Assembly (NCBI GenBank): GCA_000002445.1
Contig: CP000069.1
Location: forward strand, 1,344,001-1,408,000
Direction: 5' to 3'
DNA from: Trypanosoma brucei
Taxonomy: Eukaryota
DNA: 64,000 nt
The position numbers were made by a program, and so were the translations under genes. Shown in pieces: positions 13,227 to 22,973 of this stretch. The notes beneath the pieces are model-generated. The model worked only from the letters and a program-made list of their open reading frames with translations. It was not told the origin of the DNA and ran no database searches. Every line of letters begins with the position of its first letter. Positions within the stretch are counted from its first letter, which is position 1.

Positions 13227-14420
13227 ATGTCCGTGCGCCAGATATTCTTCACGTCGGAGCATGTGAGTGAAGGTCACCCCGATAAACTATGCGATCAGGT
13301 GTCGGATGCCGTACTGGATGCATGCCTTGAGCAGGACCCGCTCTCTAAGGTTGCATGCGAGACGTGCTCAAAGACGGGGATGGTGCTTGTGTTTGGTGAG
13401 ATCACAACGAAGGCTGTGATTGACTACCAGAAGGTCGTACGTGACACGGTTAAGGAGATCGGCTTCGATAACACTGAGAAGGGGTTGGACTACCGTTCAC
13501 TGAACCTGCTTGTGGCCGTTGAGCAACAATCACCCGATATTTACCAGGGCCTCGGTGACTTTGGCGGGGAGAACCTCGGTGCTGGAGACCAGGGCATGAT
13601 GTTTGGTTATGCGACGAATGAGACGGAGACACTAATGCCACTCTCTTACGAACTTGCGCGCGGTCTTGCAATGACATACAGCGAGTTGCGACGCAATGGT
13701 GGTCTTCCGTGGGCGCGCCCCGACGCTAAGACGCAAGTGACAGTGCAGTACGAATATGACACCCGCGGTGGCAAGCAGTTGCTGACACCTAAGCGAGTGG
13801 CTGTGATTCTTGTTTCTGCCCAGCATGACGACGGTGTGTCAAATGAAACCATCCGCGAGGACCTGGTGAAGAAGGTAATCAGCACCACCATTCCCGCGAA
13901 GTTCCTCGATGAGAACACCAAATATCACTTGAACCCATCTGGGCGTTTCGTCATCGGTGGCCCACATGGTGACGCTGGGTTAACTGGTCGCAAGATAATT
14001 GTTGACACGTATGGCGGTTGGGGTGCCCATGGTGGTGGCGCGTTTTCTGGCAAGGATCCCTCGAAGGTGGACCGGTCGGCAGCGTATGCTGCTCGCTGGA
14101 TTGCGAAGTCTCTGGTGGCCGCAGGTCTTGCAGATCGGTGCCTTGTACAACTTTCGTACGCCATTGGAGTTGCGGAACCGCTCAATATCCATGTCGACAC
14201 ATATGGCACTGGTAAGCGCGATGACGAGTATATATTGGGTATTGTGCAGAAAAACTTCCGACTGCGCCCGTACGACATAATCAAGGAACTTGATCTTCGT
14301 CGGCCGATATACCGCCAGACTGCCTGTTTCGGGCACTTTGGGCGTGTGGACACGAACGGGAAGGGAGGATTCACGTGGGAGGTGCCCAAAACACTAGAGG
14401 GTCTTAGTGACGTGCAGTAG
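13227..14420 (+). CDS. METK1: S-adenosylmethionine synthetase, array copy 7.
   Basis: Protein identical to the consensus. Confidence 0.93.
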   Translation: MSVRQIFFTSEHVSEGHPDKLCDQVSDAVLDACLEQDPLSKVACETCSKTGMVLVFGEITTKAVIDYQKVVRDTVKEIGFDNTEKGLDYRSLNLLVAVEQQSPDIYQGLGDFGGENLGAGDQGMMFGYATNETETLMPLSYELARGLAMTYSELRRNGGLPWARPDAKTQVTVQYEYDTRGGKQLLTPKRVAVILVSAQHDDGVSNETIREDLVKKVISTTIPAKFLDENTKYHLNPSGRFVIGGPHGDAGLTGRKIIVDTYGGWGAHGGGAFSGKDPSKVDRSAAYAARWIAKSLVAAGLADRCLVQLSYAIGVAEPLNIHVDTYGTGKRDDEYILGIVQKNFRLRPYDIIKELDLRRPIYRQTACFGHFGRVDTNGKGGFTWEVPKTLEGLSDVQ

Positions 14421-15330
14421 TGTGTACTGCGCACGAATAATCAGGCACACCTCCTTGCCCATCCTCACTGTTTGCGAGTAACTGCTCGCTTCCCGCCGAG
14501 TGGGTTCCTGTTGGTAACAACACCCGCCTTCGCTTATTTTTCGTTGTTACGTGATGTCATGTACTTGGCGATGTTGTGCATAAGGGAGTGGAGTAAGTAA
14601 TAACAGTAGACAGGAGGTGGACGTTGCAATTAAATTGTTTGACAAGTGTGAGGGTAGAGGGGGAAAGAATATATATATATATATATAACATATACCTATT
14701 TATTATTTTTAGGTATGCTATTTCGTACACTAACGCTGTACTTTAATTCCTGGTATTTCCCACATATTGTTTCTCGGATGCGGTTTGCTCCTCATTCTTT
14801 ACCTTTTTTGTTTTCTTTCGTTTTTACTCCATCATATGTTACCTTGACTGTAAACGTGTTGTTGTAAGTACTGTGACCTGTTAGCGTTACGTTTCAACTT
14901 TTTTCCCCTGCCTTACTGGGAGGTAAGTGTGATAACGACAGCAAGTGGGTACCATTATGATTGTAATTGTAAGAAATATTATTTCTGTTACATCAACCTT
15001 TGTCATTTAACTGTCACTCACGTATGGTAAGTCCTACGGTCTGTCGCCGGGGCTTTGCTTACCGTTCGTTGCTCTATCCGCTGCTGCGCACATGTGGTGA
15101 AGTACCTCGTTGTAACTGTAGTAAATAGCTAATCTCCTATGTCTCCTTATTATTGTCCTTCTTTCTTCTCTTCTCTTTTGTTTTTTTTTTTTACCCTCAA
15201 TTCCTCTCCCTGTCGGATGTACCATTAGTTTAAAGCTACTTCGCGTATACACCTCAGTGTACCCCTATTTCGTTTGCTCTACTCCGCAAGGTTCTACATC
15301 AATCCTACCGCCCTTGTTTCGTGAAAGGTG

Positions 15331-16524
15331 ATGTCCGTGCGCCAGATATTCTTCACGTCGGAGCATGTGAGTGAAGGTCACCCCGATAAACTATGCGATC
15401 AGGTGTCGGATGCCGTACTGGATGCATGCCTTGAGCAGGACCCGCTCTCTAAGGTTGCATGCGAGACGTGCTCAAAGACGGGGATGGTGCTTGTGTTTGG
15501 TGAGATCACAACGAAGGCTGTGATTGACTACCAGAAGGTCGTACGTGACACGGTTAAGGAGATCGGCTTCGATAACACTGAGAAGGGGTTGGACTACCGT
15601 TCACTGAACCTGCTTGTGGCCGTTGAGCAACAATCACCCGATATTTACCAGGGCCTCGGTGACTTTGGCGGGGAGAACCTCGGTGCTGGAGACCAGGGCA
15701 TGATGTTTGGTTATGCGACGAATGAGACGGAGACACTAATGCCACTCTCTTACGAACTTGCGCGCGGTCTTGCAATGACATACAGCGAGTTGCGACGCAA
15801 TGGTGGTCTTCCGTGGGCGCGCCCCGACGCTAAGACGCAAGTGACAGTGCAGTACGAATATGACACCCGCGGTGGCAAGCAGTTGCTGACACCTAAGCGA
15901 GTGGCTGTGATTCTTGTTTCTGCCCAGCATGACGACGGTGTGTCAAATGAAACCATCCGCGAGGACCTGGTGAAGAAGGTAATCAGCACCACCATTCCCG
16001 CGAAGTTCCTCGATGAGAACACCAAATATCACTTGAACCCATCTGGGCGTTTCGTCATCGGTGGCCCACATGGTGACGCTGGGTTAACTGGTCGCAAGAT
16101 AATTGTTGACACGTATGGCGGTTGGGGTGCCCATGGTGGTGGCGCGTTTTCTGGCAAGGATCCCTCGAAGGTGGACCGGTCGGCAGCGTATGCTGCTCGC
16201 TGGATTGCGAAGTCTCTGGTGGCCGCAGGTCTTGCAGATCGGTGCCTTGTACAACTTTCGTACGCCATTGGAGTTGCGGAACCGCTCAATATCCATGTCG
16301 ACACATATGGCACTGGTAAGCGCGATGACGAGTATATATTGGGTATTGTGCAGAAAAACTTCCGACTGCGCCCGTACGACATAATCAAGGAACTTGATCT
16401 TCGTCGGCCGATATACCGCCAGACTGCCTGTTTCGGGCACTTTGGGCGTGTGGACACGAACGGGAAGGGAGGATTCACGTGGGAGGTGCCCAAAACACTA
16501 GAGGGTCTTAGTGACGTGCAGTAG
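15331..16524 (+). CDS. METK1: S-adenosylmethionine synthetase, array copy 8.
   Basis: Protein identical to the consensus. Confidence 0.93.
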   Translation: MSVRQIFFTSEHVSEGHPDKLCDQVSDAVLDACLEQDPLSKVACETCSKTGMVLVFGEITTKAVIDYQKVVRDTVKEIGFDNTEKGLDYRSLNLLVAVEQQSPDIYQGLGDFGGENLGAGDQGMMFGYATNETETLMPLSYELARGLAMTYSELRRNGGLPWARPDAKTQVTVQYEYDTRGGKQLLTPKRVAVILVSAQHDDGVSNETIREDLVKKVISTTIPAKFLDENTKYHLNPSGRFVIGGPHGDAGLTGRKIIVDTYGGWGAHGGGAFSGKDPSKVDRSAAYAARWIAKSLVAAGLADRCLVQLSYAIGVAEPLNIHVDTYGTGKRDDEYILGIVQKNFRLRPYDIIKELDLRRPIYRQTACFGHFGRVDTNGKGGFTWEVPKTLEGLSDVQ

Positions 16525-17434
16525 TGTGTACTGCGCACGAATAATCAGGCACACCTCCTTGCCCATCCTCACTGTTTGCGAGTAACTGCTCGCTTCCCGC
16601 CGAGTGGGTTCCTGTTGGTAACAACACCCGCCTTCGCTTATTTTTCGTTGTTACGTGATGTCATGTACTTGGCGATGTTGTGCATAAGGGAGTGGAGTAA
16701 GTAATAACAGTAGACAGGAGGTGGACGTTGCAATTAAATTGTTTGACAAGTGTGAGGGTAGAGGGGGAAAGAATATATATATATATATATAACATATACC
16801 TATTTATTATTTTTAGGTATGCTATTTCGTACACTAACGCTGTACTTTAATTCCTGGTATTTCCCACATATTGTTTCTCGGATGCGGTTTGCTCCTCATT
16901 CTTTACCTTTTTTGTTTTCTTTCGTTTTTACTCCATCATATGTTACCTTGACTGTAAACGTGTTGTTGTAAGTACTGTGACCTGTTAGCGTTACGTTTCA
17001 ACTTTTTTCCCCTGCCTTACTGGGAGGTAAGTGTGATAACGACAGCAAGTGGGTACCATTATGATTGTAATTGTAAGAAATATTATTTCTGTTACATCAA
17101 CCTTTGTCATTTAACTGTCACTCACGTATGGTAAGTCCTACGGTCTGTCGCCGGGGCTTTGCTTACCGTTCGTTGCTCTATCCGCTGCTGCGCACATGTA
17201 GTGAAGTACCTCGTTGTAACTGTAGTAAATAGCTAATCTCCTATGTCTCCTTATTATTGTCCTTCTTTCTTCTCATCTCTTTTGTTTTTTTTTTTTACCC
17301 TCAATTCCTCTCCCTGTCGGATGTACCATTAGTTTAAAGCTACTTCGCGTATACACCTCAGTGTACCCCTATTTCGTTTGCTCTACTCCGCAAGGTTCTA
17401 CATCAATCCTACCGCCCTTGTTTCGTGAAAGGTG

Positions 17435-18628
17435 ATGTCCGTGCGCCAGATATTCTTCACGTCGGAGCATGTGAGTGAAGGTCACCCCGATAAACTATGC
17501 GATCAGGTGTCGGATGCCGTACTGGATGCATGCCTTGAGCAGGACCCGCTCTCTAAGGTTGCATGCGAGACGTGCTCAAAGACGGGGATGGTGCTTGTGT
17601 TTGGTGAGATCACAACGAAGGCTGTGATTGACTACCAGAAGGTCGTACGTGACACGGTTAAGGAGATCGGCTTCGATAACACTGAGAAGGGGTTGGACTA
17701 CCGTTCACTGAACCTGCTTGTGGCCGTTGAGCAACAATCACCCGATATTTACCAGGGCCTCGGTGACTTTGGCGGGGAGAACCTCGGTGCTGGAGACCAG
17801 GGCATGATGTTTGGTTATGCGACGAATGAGACGGAGACACTAATGCCACTCTCTTACGAACTTGCGCGCGGTCTTGCAATGACATACAGCGAGTTGCGAC
17901 GCAATGGTGGTCTTCCGTGGGCGCGCCCCGACGCTAAGACGCAAGTGACAGTGCAGTACGAATATGACACCCGCGGTGGCAAGCAGTTGCTGACACCTAA
18001 GCGAGTGGCTGTGATTCTTGTTTCTGCCCAGCATGACGACGGTGTGTCAAATGAAACCATCCGCGAGGACCTGGTGAAGAAGGTAATCAGCACCACCATT
18101 CCCGCGAAGTTCCTCGATGAGAACACCAAATATCACTTGAACCCATCTGGGCGTTTCGTCATCGGTGGCCCACATGGTGACGCTGGGTTAACTGGTCGCA
18201 AGATAATTGTTGACACGTATGGCGGTTGGGGTGCCCATGGTGGTGGCGCGTTTTCTGGCAAGGATCCCTCGAAGGTGGACCGGTCGGCAGCGTATGCTGC
18301 TCGCTGGATTGCGAAGTCTCTGGTGGCCGCAGGTCTTGCAGATCGGTGCCTTGTACAACTTTCGTACGCCATTGGAGTTGCGGAACCGCTCAATATCCAT
18401 GTCGACACATATGGCACTGGTAAGCGCGATGACGAGTATATATTGGGTATTGTGCAGAAAAACTTCCGACTGCGCCCGTACGACATAATCAAGGAACTTG
18501 ATCTTCGTCGGCCGATATACCGCCAGACTGCCTGTTTCGGGCACTTTGGGCGTGTGGACACGAACGGGAAGGGAGGATTCACGTGGGAGGTGCCCAAAAC
18601 ACTAGAGGGTCTTAGTGACGTGCAGTAG
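17435..18628 (+). CDS. METK1: S-adenosylmethionine synthetase, array copy 9 (the last).
   Basis: Protein identical to the consensus. The spacer after it is truncated at 18727, where unique sequence begins. Confidence 0.93.
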   Translation: MSVRQIFFTSEHVSEGHPDKLCDQVSDAVLDACLEQDPLSKVACETCSKTGMVLVFGEITTKAVIDYQKVVRDTVKEIGFDNTEKGLDYRSLNLLVAVEQQSPDIYQGLGDFGGENLGAGDQGMMFGYATNETETLMPLSYELARGLAMTYSELRRNGGLPWARPDAKTQVTVQYEYDTRGGKQLLTPKRVAVILVSAQHDDGVSNETIREDLVKKVISTTIPAKFLDENTKYHLNPSGRFVIGGPHGDAGLTGRKIIVDTYGGWGAHGGGAFSGKDPSKVDRSAAYAARWIAKSLVAAGLADRCLVQLSYAIGVAEPLNIHVDTYGTGKRDDEYILGIVQKNFRLRPYDIIKELDLRRPIYRQTACFGHFGRVDTNGKGGFTWEVPKTLEGLSDVQ

Positions 18629-18780
18629 TGTGTACTGCGCACGAATAATCAGGCACACCTCCTTGCCCATCCTCACTGTTTGCGAGTAACTGCTCGCTTC
18701 CCGCCGAGTGGGTTCCTGTTGGTAACAACTTTATTTGTTATATAGGAGAGGGCATTGTTTTTTAAATTAATATTTTTTTT

Positions 18781-18880
18781 GTTAATATATATATATATAT
18801 ATATATATATTTTAAATTTTTTGTCTCTATGTTTTTTTTTCTGCTGTTATAATATATATATATATATATATGTATAATTT
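18781..18880. repeat. Two (AT)n microsatellites and T-rich low complexity immediately flanking the 3' end of the array.
   Basis: tatatatatatatatatatatat at ~18785-18810 and again at ~18853-18878. Confidence 0.8.
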
Positions 18881-18920
18881 TTTTCTTTAAAAATTTTAGG
18901 GTTTTCGTTCTGCTGTTTTT

Positions 18921-19664
18921 ATGCTGGTTTCGTACTTGCGTCTGCAGGCAGACAGGCGCACAAGGCATCATATGATGGTTGATGGGCAAATAAATCCTCG
19001 CGAGTGGTTTAATTGGCATCCGAAAGAGTATCAGCCATGGTACTTTGATCGGCACAAATTTCTTTATGAGCAGCGGCAGTATGCACAGTTTCATCATTTA
19101 CTGTGTCACCAGGTGTATTTGAAAGATATGCTTCATCTCATGCGTTACCCAGAGCCTTATACTCATATTATCGACTGTCGTACGTCTACGCAAAAGATGC
19201 ATCGATGGGTTCCTCACAGTCTATGGTTACCTCGCGATGAGGTTGAATATGCTTTGCAGTTGAGTGCTGATGAATTTCTTGATATGTATGGGTTCAGGAA
19301 ACCAGACAAGTCAGATGATGTTATACTTTTGTCTCATAATGGAATTTACTCGGAGCAAGCCGGGTGGGAGTGGAAAAAGCAGTTTTTCCAACATGTGTAT
19401 AACTATCGTGGGGGGACTAACGAGTTGTTTGGTGAGTCTTATAGTGATATGAACGTTAGTGACGTGTTGTCTCCGTGGAAGGGCCCTTTTCCTCAGAGTG
19501 GAGTGTTTGTTGACAAGTGGAGCAAGAGGAAAGTGTTGACACGGACGGGACCGTTTGATCGTCAGTACGAGATGCAGGACTTTGCGTTGCCGGACCTTGA
19601 ACTGGAGAAGGCAAGGCATCCTGAAGAAGGTCCGCGGCAGAACATGCCTTTCGGTCTTCAGTGA
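18921..19664 (+). CDS. Rhodanese-like domain protein, probably non-catalytic because the active-site Cys is replaced by Ser.
   Basis: The segment IIDCRTSTQKMHRWVPHSLWLP...DDVILLSHNGIYSEQAGWEW...YNYRGG matches the rhodanese fold. The loop LLSHNG sits where the catalytic C-R-x-G-x-R loop is expected. The start could instead be the internal Met-Met at ~18972. Confidence 0.5.
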   Translation: MLVSYLRLQADRRTRHHMMVDGQINPREWFNWHPKEYQPWYFDRHKFLYEQRQYAQFHHLLCHQVYLKDMLHLMRYPEPYTHIIDCRTSTQKMHRWVPHSLWLPRDEVEYALQLSADEFLDMYGFRKPDKSDDVILLSHNGIYSEQAGWEWKKQFFQHVYNYRGGTNELFGESYSDMNVSDVLSPWKGPFPQSGVFVDKWSKRKVLTRTGPFDRQYEMQDFALPDLELEKARHPEEGPRQNMPFGLQ

Positions 19665-19772
19665 GCTCTTTTACTTGTTGATAACGAGGTGGGGTTTCGT
19701 GGTTGCTATGTTTCTCTACAGTCTGCAATGTGTTTTACCGAGTCCTACTGTTTCCACTCTCTGTGGTAGGTG

Positions 19773-21182
19773 ATGAGGCCACGATGTGGCTACGCAAACG
19801 CCGTGGTCACTTTTTCGTCGTTGCCATGTTTGTTGACAACGTTCTGCTTCGGTGCGGAGACTTGTGGCGCATTTACTGCGGCGATAGTGTGCCCACAGCG
19901 ATGGTGCGCGGCGTTAGGTGAAAGGAGGTTGAGCCGAAGGCGTTACTCCGCGGCAAACACAAAAGGACGGTGCAAACACGTTTATAACATCATTAATTCA
20001 TTGAAACTGGTTCCCAAAGCGGTGCTCGCTTCAGAATTTGATAAATTGCATCCACGGGATAAGTTGGACGTGAAACGGGCGCTCGTACGAAGACGTAGCC
20101 GTCGGAGTAGTTGTTTGCCTGTTTTTAAAAGTGCGTTGTTCAATAGAAAGTACTTTTTCAGGGAGGCAGATCTAACGGAAGATAGTACGCTCGGTCGTGG
20201 TCCTGGGGGGCAGGCAACGAACAGGCGGAAACAGACGGCTATTGTGAAGCATGTGCCAACTGGAATTACCGTGAAGTTCAGCAAGTTTCCCTCTTACTGG
20301 CTTAACAGGAGGGCTGCACGGGATGTCCTCAACCTGCAGCTGGAGGAACGTATGCTCGGGTCGAAATCGGAGCTCGGCCGTATACGGGATCTGCGAGAGA
20401 GGCGGCGTTTGTGGCGGCTCAGAACAACGTGTAAATTAGTAGAAAGGGCAAGTAAAATCGCTGCAAAACGTAGTCAGAGACATGAGTTCCATTCCGTACT
20501 TACCAACCAACAACCCCTTTCCCGCGTGGCGGTTCTGCAGTTGGACCTTGACCAAAGTAAACAGCCGATGTACTTGTCTGACCTCTTCGATAGGGAGTGC
20601 GGGCAGTGGTGGCCGTTGCTTTCGAAAGCCTTCGTGAGAATAAATGCTGAATCATCGAATGAAAAAAGCGCTAAAGTACCGGATATATTGTTCTACACGT
20701 TCCCTTCAGTTCGCAGGCACGGCGAAAGTGTAACTTCCGTCGAGCAGTATGAGATGAACCAGGTTAAAAAATGTGCCGCCGATGAAGTATGCCTCGCGAA
20801 TGTGAAACGTGCGTTGAAGTGCTTTGTTGAACTGTTTGGTCTTCGGTTGTACGAGAAGCCAACGACAACCGCAAAAAACTGTAGTGTTTTGGTGCTCGGA
20901 CGTGACGGTCTCAACTGGATGGAGTTCCGGGGGAGGATGGTGGATTCAAGTGGTTTGATGACCCCATTAGCACTTGCTTGCTTTGCTCATGTGACATTGA
21001 GTCTTGCACAGCTTCGGTGTGCGCGTGAGGTGAATGCAATCCGGTCCTTCTTTCGTCGCGAAGCAAAAGCAGGGGTGCCGGGGAAATGGGCAGTACAGGG
21101 TCAAGAGGGGATTACTGAGGTGTTAAGGTGCTGTGAGCTCCATGAAGAGCATCACCCGACTGGCGTGGACGGTGTTGTGTAA
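19773..21182 (+). CDS. RF1-domain (GGQ) peptidyl-tRNA hydrolase family protein of the ICT1/C12orf65 type, with no codon-recognition domains. Probably mitochondrial.
   Basis: ADLTEDSTLGRGPGGQATNRRKQTAIVKHVPTGITVKF carries the class-I release factor GGQ catalytic motif and context. The remainder is basic and Arg-rich. The N-terminus is uncertain: the track ORF starts at GTG 19770 and the first ATG is 19773. Confidence 0.55.
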   Translation: MRPRCGYANAVVTFSSLPCLLTTFCFGAETCGAFTAAIVCPQRWCAALGERRLSRRRYSAANTKGRCKHVYNIINSLKLVPKAVLASEFDKLHPRDKLDVKRALVRRRSRRSSCLPVFKSALFNRKYFFREADLTEDSTLGRGPGGQATNRRKQTAIVKHVPTGITVKFSKFPSYWLNRRAARDVLNLQLEERMLGSKSELGRIRDLRERRRLWRLRTTCKLVERASKIAAKRSQRHEFHSVLTNQQPLSRVAVLQLDLDQSKQPMYLSDLFDRECGQWWPLLSKAFVRINAESSNEKSAKVPDILFYTFPSVRRHGESVTSVEQYEMNQVKKCAADEVCLANVKRALKCFVELFGLRLYEKPTTTAKNCSVLVLGRDGLNWMEFRGRMVDSSGLMTPLALACFAHVTLSLAQLRCAREVNAIRSFFRREAKAGVPGKWAVQGQEGITEVLRCCELHEEHHPTGVDGVV

Positions 21183-21427
21183 CCACACGGCTTGCAGTTG
21201 TGGTGGTTGTTTTCTTATCAATTGTCGTGAGTTTCTTGAGTGCGTTTCCCCTCTCCCTCTCCCTCTCCCTTTTCTTCTCTCTGTCTGCTTCGAGCCTGCT
21301 ACCGCTCTCCGTCCTATCCTCTCCAAAGCATATGCTTCCTTGCTCGATTTTGATGGTCTAGCAATTCTGTGGTTTTGAAGAACCAGGTTGTATATTTTTT
21401 TGCCCTTTTCTTACCATCAAGACGGTG

Positions 21428-21931
21428 ATGCAAGCGGAAGAGACCACAGCCGTAGAGGTTCTTCAAGACGCCCCAGTACAAGAGACCATGCAGTCTTGTC
21501 TTCACTATGTCCGATACTTTGCTGGCCACACGGGTCGTTATGGAAACGAGTTTCTGGAGTTTGACATACGAGATGACGGCACGTTGAAGTATGGAAATAA
21601 CAGCCGTTACCGAAACGAGAATATCATCAAGAAGCAAGCGCGTATCTCACCTGCCGTTTTGGAGGAGATCAAACGTCTCATTATCCTCTCTGGAATTCTA
21701 GAACGCGACGATGAATGTTGGCCACAACCGGACCGGAACGGGCGACAAGAGCTCGAGATACACCTTGGAGACACCCACATTTCATTTGTAACCAACAAAA
21801 TAACTTCTTTAAGTGAAGTTGAGAGCCCTGACAAACCCAAGGGACTGGACACCTTCTACTATTTTGTGCGAGATATTAAAGCACTGGTACTTGCGCTTGT
21901 TTCGCTGCATTTTAAAATCAAGGCGTGGTAG
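21428..21931 (+). CDS. MAGOH: Mago nashi homologue, a core subunit of the exon-junction complex.
   Basis: [60 protein letters not shown]...[32 protein letters not shown]...[27 protein letters not shown] is collinear with metazoan Mago nashi (compare [22 protein letters not shown]...GRQELEI...HISF...HFKIKPI). Length is 167 aa. Confidence 0.85.
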   Translation: MQAEETTAVEVLQDAPVQETMQSCLHYVRYFAGHTGRYGNEFLEFDIRDDGTLKYGNNSRYRNENIIKKQARISPAVLEEIKRLIILSGILERDDECWPQPDRNGRQELEIHLGDTHISFVTNKITSLSEVESPDKPKGLDTFYYFVRDIKALVLALVSLHFKIKAW

Positions 21932-22187
21932 TCTGATGAGACGGAGTCTGATAACAGGTGTGGCTGTGAGTCTGAATCACTCGCTGATTCTTTGCCTTTT
22001 TTTCCAGGGCCGGAGGAACGAAAAGGGGTGAATGCGACTTGTTGCGGATCTGAAATTGGATACGACCCGCGTCATACCATCACACTATGTGTTTGCTACC
22101 ATCACGGCTTTGGACTCCACTGTTCTTCATTTCGCCTCTTTGTTTTTTCTGTTGCTGTTATTGTCTTTTTGCAGCTTAGCGATAGCG

Positions 22188-22973
22188 ATGTCATTTACGG
22201 CTAACTCTGGCAACTCGCCAATGTCGCAGATGAGTCCCCTCTCGCAGCCGTACACTTCACCTCAGATGCTCCCCCAGTCGTCGCTCCGTCCTACCGCACC
22301 ACCATTTACACTCTCCGGCACGGAGGACCAACCCACTGCTGGCGCTCCCATTCGGAAGGGAGGCACAGACCCTACGAGGTACAAAACAACGATATGCCGC
22401 AATTGGGAAATGGGTTCGTGTTCGTTTAAAGGTTGTACATTTGCTCACGGTGAGGAGGAGCTGCGAATGCCACCTCGGGTGGAACGCTACAAGAGCTCAG
22501 GTTTTGATACGCGGCGTTCCTTGACCGCAGAAACTCCGCCGCTGTATCCATTGAATCCCTTGCCACACAGCGGCGTGGGCCGGATCGAGCATTTACTCAA
22601 CATGTTGTACTCAGAGGTACTTCGGGAGCGAAACCGCTTTGTTGCACACGAGGAAGCGAATCAGGCGCTCGAGGCCCTGCTCAAGAAGGAGCAAATGCAG
22701 CGTGAAGAAACCGAAGTTCAGTTGGAAGCTGCAAGATGGAAGCTGGAGCAACTGAGGACTACGGTGCACGAAGCTAGTGTCGAAATCAACACCCTTCTTG
22801 CCTCCTCCCCTGCCAATGAGGAATTGCGCGACCGAGTTGCTATGGTGACGCAGAAGATTGCCAGCGTTTTCTCTTCTGAAGACACTGCTGTAGGTGGAGG
22901 TCGTGAGGATGAAGAAAGAGTTATGAAACTGCTTAGTTCATTGCAAAACTGTCAGAGCACGGAAGACATGTGA
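22188..22973 (+). CDS. Protein with a single TIS11/TTP-like CCCH zinc finger and a C-terminal coiled-coil.
   Basis: RYKTTICRNWEMGSCSFKGCTFAHGEEEL is a C-x7-C-x4-C-x3-H finger with the YKT-x-C lead-in typical of TIS11 fingers. The C-terminal region is heptad-like and rich in E, Q and L. The track ORF (22032) begins with a hydrophobic extension that is unlikely to be real, so I place the start at the first ATG after the splice-signal-like tract, 22188. Confidence 0.55.
   Translation: MSFTANSGNSPMSQMSPLSQPYTSPQMLPQSSLRPTAPPFTLSGTEDQPTAGAPIRKGGTDPTRYKTTICRNWEMGSCSFKGCTFAHGEEELRMPPRVERYKSSGFDTRRSLTAETPPLYPLNPLPHSGVGRIEHLLNMLYSEVLRERNRFVAHEEANQALEALLKKEQMQREETEVQLEAARWKLEQLRTTVHEASVEINTLLASSPANEELRDRVAMVTQKIASVFSSEDTAVGGGREDEERVMKLLSSLQNCQSTEDM

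Larger units (their letters stand above)
459..18727 (+). repeat. Head-to-tail tandem array of 9 near-identical ~2105-bp units, each a METK CDS plus a ~909-bp spacer. Both ends fall inside the spacer, so the array is complete in this window.
   Basis: ORF starts at 591, 2697, 4803, 6907, 9013, 11119, 13224, 15328 and 17432 give a period of 2104-2106 bp. The flanks diverge from the unit consensus upstream of ~459 (A-rich unique sequence) and downstream of 18727 (ggtaacaac then unique tttatttgtt). Confidence 0.95.

Noticed and set aside
13036-13227. 63-aa ORF spanning the polypyrimidine spacer and ending at the METK start (MSPYYCPSFFSSLLFFFLPSIPLPV...).
   Set aside because: It is a translation of the C/T-rich splice-signal tract and appears in only one unit, because a poly(T) length difference shifts the frame. 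It is not a gene.
459-18727. Regularly spaced near-identical repeats, which could superficially suggest a CRISPR-like or satellite array.
   Set aside because: The repeat unit is 2.1 kb and encodes a complete, conserved metabolic enzyme. The spacers between coding sequences are themselves identical. The organism is eukaryotic (kinetoplastid), and no cas genes or short direct repeats are present.
18762-19097. 111-aa minus-strand ORF overlapping the array/flank junction (MMKLCILPLLIKKFVPIKVPWLILFRMP...NSRKKNIETKNLKYIYIYIYILTKKILI).
   Set aside because: Its C-terminal half translates the (AT)n microsatellites, and it is on the opposite strand to every real gene in a unidirectional polycistron.
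22032-22187. N-terminal 52-aa extension of the CCCH protein ORF (MRLVADLKLDTTRVIPSHYVFATITALDSTVLHFASLFFLLLLLSFCSLAIA).
   Set aside because: It begins in, and runs through, the polypyrimidine tract tttgttttttctgttgctgttattgtctttttgcag that is the likely trans-splice signal. The first ATG after the AG (22188) gives a more plausible start.
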